Virus record (IMG/VR): IMGVR_UViG_3300045988_003432
Location: 1 to 6,110 of that record
Strand: one strand, 5' to 3'
Source of the DNA: a virus
DNA length: 6,110 nt
The translations under genes and the position numbers were made by a program. This document shows positions 3,343-6,110 of this stretch, piece by piece. Within the stretch, counting starts at the first letter, position 1, and the number at the start of each line of letters is the position of its first letter. The notes under the pieces were generated by a model. The model worked only from the letters and a program-made list of their open reading frames with translations, was not told the DNA's origin and did not search any database.

Positions 3343-5022
3343 ATGAAATTTTCTCCCGATTTGCTTAAGGCTGTTGATCATTGTCAGCATCGTTCTTTTA
3401 TTACAAATAGGTATAATGGTGCACGCATTGCGGTAGATTGTGGTCAATGCGATTATTGTATCCATAAGAAAGCCCAGAAAGCGTCCATGCGCGTGAAGAC
3501 CGCTGGAAGTGCTTTTAAGTATTCTTATTTTGTTACACTTACTTATGATAATGAGCATGTTCCCCTTATGTCTTGTAAGGTTTTGTATAGTGATTATGAT
3601 GATGCTATAGGCATTTCGGGAGATATTCATTTTGGTCATGAATATCATAAGTATATCCCTGTTTCTGAATATCAATGTGATGATAACTCCATATTGCGTC
3701 ATATATTCTTTGAGCAAGTACAAGGCACAGTGCCGTTTGACCGTGAGATTAAGGAATATGTTCCTGTTAAGGATAATTGGTTTCTTAGTATGGATGCTAT
3801 TCGTAGTTTTATCCATAAGACGCAATCGGTTGACAAAACGGATTATCCCGCTTCTGGACAATATGGCCGTGATAACCTTATTCCCTTTTTAAATTATGCT
3901 GATGTTCAGAATTATATTAAAAGATTACGTAAATATTTGTATAAACAATTAGGTTCTTATGAAACATTACATTTCTACGCTGTCGGTGAGTACGGCCCTG
4001 TTCACTTCCGTCCGCATTATCATATCTTATTATTCACAAACTCGGAAGAAGTCTCAAAGGTATTACGATACTGTCACGATAAGAGTTGGAAATTCGGTCG
4101 TTCAGATTTCCAGATTGCCCGCGGTGGAGCTTCTTCATACGTTTCGAGTTACGTTAACAGCCTTAGTGCTGCTCCCTTATTATATCGCTCATGCCGCGCG
4201 TTTAGACCCCGCTCGAGAGCTTCTATCGGATTCTTTGAGAAAGGTTGCGATTTCGTGGAAGGTGAAGAGCCTTATGCGCAGATTGAACAAAAAATCGATT
4301 CTGTCGTTAATGGAAGAGTCTATGCCTTCAGCGGCCTTAGTATTCGGTCAACTCCCCCCATGTCGTATATCCGTACCTTATTGCCCCGATTCTCGTCTGC
4401 TCGCAATGACGATGGTATTGCGATTGCTCGAGTTCTTCGCGCTGTACACTCAACGCCAAAAAGAATTGCAAAATACGGATTCATTGACTATAAACAGGAT
4501 TCAGTTTTGAGTCTTGTTCGTACTTATTATCAATATCTTAAGGCTAACCCTATTCTTACTGACGATGACAAGATTATATTACATTCTGCTAGGTGTCTTA
4601 CTAGGTTCTGTAACAGTTCTAGTGATGTCGATATTGAGTCTTATATTAATAAACTATATCGGCTATTCTTATATGTCTCTAAATTCTTCCGTAATTGGCA
4701 TTTGCCTGCCTTTGGCTGTAATATTGATTCTTACACCGGTCGTATTATGTTTATTCTTAAAAAAGGTATAGAATATGAGAAGAAAAAGAATTATGAAAGC
4801 TTACGAGATGCATATAACCTTCGTTCCCAGTACCCGGAAATATCAGATTGTATGTTTGCGCTGCCTCAGAACGGGCAAGAGATTGATGTCTTGCAGGCCG
4901 TATCAAGTGAAACGATTCACCTCCTTGAACAACTCCGGTGCCGTAGTGCAACATTCTGTCGTGATATGATTAAGCACAAGAAGCTTAATGATGCTAATAA
5001 TATTTTCAACCGTATGGTTTAA
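3343..5022 (+). CDS. VP4: Replication initiation protein VP4 (HUH rolling-circle endonuclease, phiX174 A-like), 559 aa.
   Basis: N-terminal Cys/His cluster HCQH...CGQCDYCIH. Motif 1 is FVTLTY (nt 3529-3546). Motif 2 is HUH: RPHYHILLF, with HYH at 4015-4023. Motif 3 has two tyrosines three residues apart, SYVSSYVNS (Y266 at 4138-4140, Y270 at 4150-4152), as in phiX174 YVAKYVNK. The ATG is 2 nt after the peptidase stop. Confidence 0.93.
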   Translation: MKFSPDLLKAVDHCQHRSFITNRYNGARIAVDCGQCDYCIHKKAQKASMRVKTAGSAFKYSYFVTLTYDNEHVPLMSCKVLYSDYDDAIGISGDIHFGHEYHKYIPVSEYQCDDNSILRHIFFEQVQGTVPFDREIKEYVPVKDNWFLSMDAIRSFIHKTQSVDKTDYPASGQYGRDNLIPFLNYADVQNYIKRLRKYLYKQLGSYETLHFYAVGEYGPVHFRPHYHILLFTNSEEVSKVLRYCHDKSWKFGRSDFQIARGGASSYVSSYVNSLSAAPLLYRSCRAFRPRSRASIGFFEKGCDFVEGEEPYAQIEQKIDSVVNGRVYAFSGLSIRSTPPMSYIRTLLPRFSSARNDDGIAIARVLRAVHSTPKRIAKYGFIDYKQDSVLSLVRTYYQYLKANPILTDDDKIILHSARCLTRFCNSSSDVDIESYINKLYRLFLYVSKFFRNWHLPAFGCNIDSYTGRIMFILKKGIEYEKKKNYESLRDAYNLRSQYPEISDCMFALPQNGQEIDVLQAVSSETIHLLEQLRCRSATFCRDMIKHKKLNDANNIFNRMV

Positions 5023-5039
5023 TTTAATTTTTATAAACT

Positions 5040-6110
5040 ATGAGTGATTTTAATCCTTTGGACCGTGCGAAAATTCCTACCCATCGGTCCTCTTTCGACT
5101 TGAGTTCGAAAAAGTTGTTTACAGCTAAAGTTGGTGAAATTCTTCCTTGCTATTGGCAGATTGCTATTCCTGGTAACAAGTATCGTATTTCCTCTGACTG
5201 GTTTACCCGTACTGTTCCGGTTAACACTGCTGCTTATACTCGTATTAAGGAGTATTATGATTTCTACGCTGTGCCGTTACGTTTGATTTCTCGTGCTCTT
5301 CCACAGGCATTTACTCAGATGACGGACTATATGACTAGTGCGGCTAGCTCTACTACGAATACATCTGCACTTACTTCTGTTCCTAGTGTTACTCAGAGCA
5401 CTTTTAGTGCGTTTTTTCAGACGGCTAATGCTGGTGACCAGCCTAATGTCCGTGACGATGCAGGTCTTCCTATTGTCTATGGTTCTTGTAAATTGCTTGA
5501 CATGCTTGGTTATGGTTCTATGATTGCTTCTACTAATACAGCCAAGGCTGCTATTACTAAAAAATATCTAGGTGTTGACAATCTTGGTGACGCTTCTAAC
5601 CCTTTGGTTTATCAGACTTCGCAGACTGTCAATGCTCTTCCGTTCCTTGCTTATCAGAAGATTTATTATGATTTTTTCAGCAACAACCAATGGGAAAAGC
5701 ACAAAGCTTACGCTTATAATGTAGACTATTGGTCCGGATCTGGTAATATTGGATTGGTTACGGATATGGTCCAGCTGCGTTATGCAAATTATCCGAAGGA
5801 TTATTTTATGGGCATGCTTCCTTCTTCCCAGTATGGTCCTGTAGCTGCTCTTCCTTCTACTGTTTCTTCTATTTCTTCCAATTCTGTAATTCTTCCTACT
5901 AACTCAACCTCTCTTCGTGCCGCTGGCTCTGATACTGCTAATGTTAATTTATCTTCTTCTAATACTTTAGGAGGCGATATTCTTACTATTAACTCTAACT
6001 TATCCGCCCTCTCTATTCGTGCAACCGAATACCTTCAGCGCTGGAAAGAAGTAGTCCAATTCAGTAGCAAGGATTATTCAGACCAGATGGCTGCCCAGTT
6101 TGGTATTAAA
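5040..6110 (+). CDS. VP1: Major capsid protein VP1, 5' portion. It is open to the window end, and the unique part ends at 6011 and continues at base 1.
   Basis: ATG at 5040 is preceded by an in-frame TAA (5034-5036), and I found no stop in a hand translation through 6110. The translation contains HRSSFDLSSKKLFTAKVGEILPCYWQIAIPGNKY, IKEYYDFYAVPLRLI, LPFLAYQKIYYDFF and YPKDYFMGMLPSSQYG. These match the conserved Microviridae capsid blocks (S.FDLS...T...G.L.P...LPGD; FFVP.R; LP..AY..IY.DY; KDYFT..LP..Q.G). It is absent from the supplied ORF track only because it lacks an in-window stop. Confidence 0.93.
   Translation, partial: MSDFNPLDRAKIPTHRSSFDLSSKKLFTAKVGEILPCYWQIAIPGNKYRISSDWFTRTVPVNTAAYTRIKEYYDFYAVPLRLISRALPQAFTQMTDYMTSAASSTTNTSALTSVPSVTQSTFSAFFQTANAGDQPNVRDDAGLPIVYGSCKLLDMLGYGSMIASTNTAKAAITKKYLGVDNLGDASNPLVYQTSQTVNALPFLAYQKIYYDFFSNNQWEKHKAYAYNVDYWSGSGNIGLVTDMVQLRYANYPKDYFMGMLPSSQYGPVAALPSTVSSISSNSVILPTNSTSLRAAGSDTANVNLSSSNTLGGDILTINSNLSALSIRATEYLQRWKEVVQFSSKDYSDQMAAQFGIK
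6012..6110. repeat. Terminal redundancy, copy 2 (identical to 1-99).
   Basis: See 1-99. The unit length implied is 6011 nt. Confidence 0.97.

Noticed and set aside
325-4954. Minus-strand ORFs: 325..654, 870..1109, 1238..1447, 1451..1828, 3286..3861 and 4757..4954.
   Set aside because: They are antisense to strongly supported genes and have R/S/I/N/K-rich low-complexity products and no motifs. Microviridae are transcribed from one strand only.
386-5523. Hydrophobic, Leu/Phe/Val-rich + strand ORFs: 386..580, 1036..1224, 1440..1646, 2067..2369, 3632..3892, 4514..4771, 4775..4969 and 5338..5523. Some resemble membrane or E-like lysis proteins.
   Set aside because: Each lies in the +1 frame of a confidently assigned gene. 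The strong NNT codon bias puts T in the middle of +1 codons, which removes stops (TAA, TAG, TGA) and forces F/L/I/M/V. This is a compositional artefact unless conservation shows otherwise.

Overview
The window is one complete, circularly permuted genome (about 6,011 nt) of a small ssDNA phage of the family Microviridae. It carries a 99-nt terminal overlap: 1-99 is identical to 6012-6110. All credible genes are on the + strand, tightly packed, and strongly biased to NNT codons.

Gene order:
- VP1 major capsid protein, split by the window edge (5040..6011 joined to 1..759, 576 aa). Its 5' part is missing from the supplied ORF track because it has no stop inside the window.
- A 146-aa acidic protein.
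- VP2 pilot/minor capsid protein.
- A 462-nt ORF-free gap.
- A 64-aa ORF.
- A possible 27-aa membrane peptide.
- A roughly 102-aa peptidase-M15 cell-wall hydrolase with an exact SxHxxGxAxD motif.
- VP4, the 559-aa HUH rolling-circle replication initiator.

The long VP1 and VP4, the gene order and a Bacteroides-type promoter suggest an Alpavirinae-like microvirus of Bacteroidota. This is inference and has not been searched.

The most unusual part is the 2306-2767 gap:
- It has no ATG on the coding strand for 390 nt.
- It contains an abrupt CpG-dense GC-rich island (about 2388-2540) that folds into three consecutive strong stem-loops.
- Downstream of the island are a TATACA-CCCC-TGTATA hairpin, a CCACTTG/TTAATTAA element resembling the phiX174 origin core, another perfect hairpin, and a promoter.

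I read this gap as a candidate composite replication and transcription control region (complementary-strand origin, plus-strand nick site, terminator and promoter). A structured ncRNA or acquired host DNA are alternatives. None of this can be confirmed without folding statistics, homology searches or experiments.
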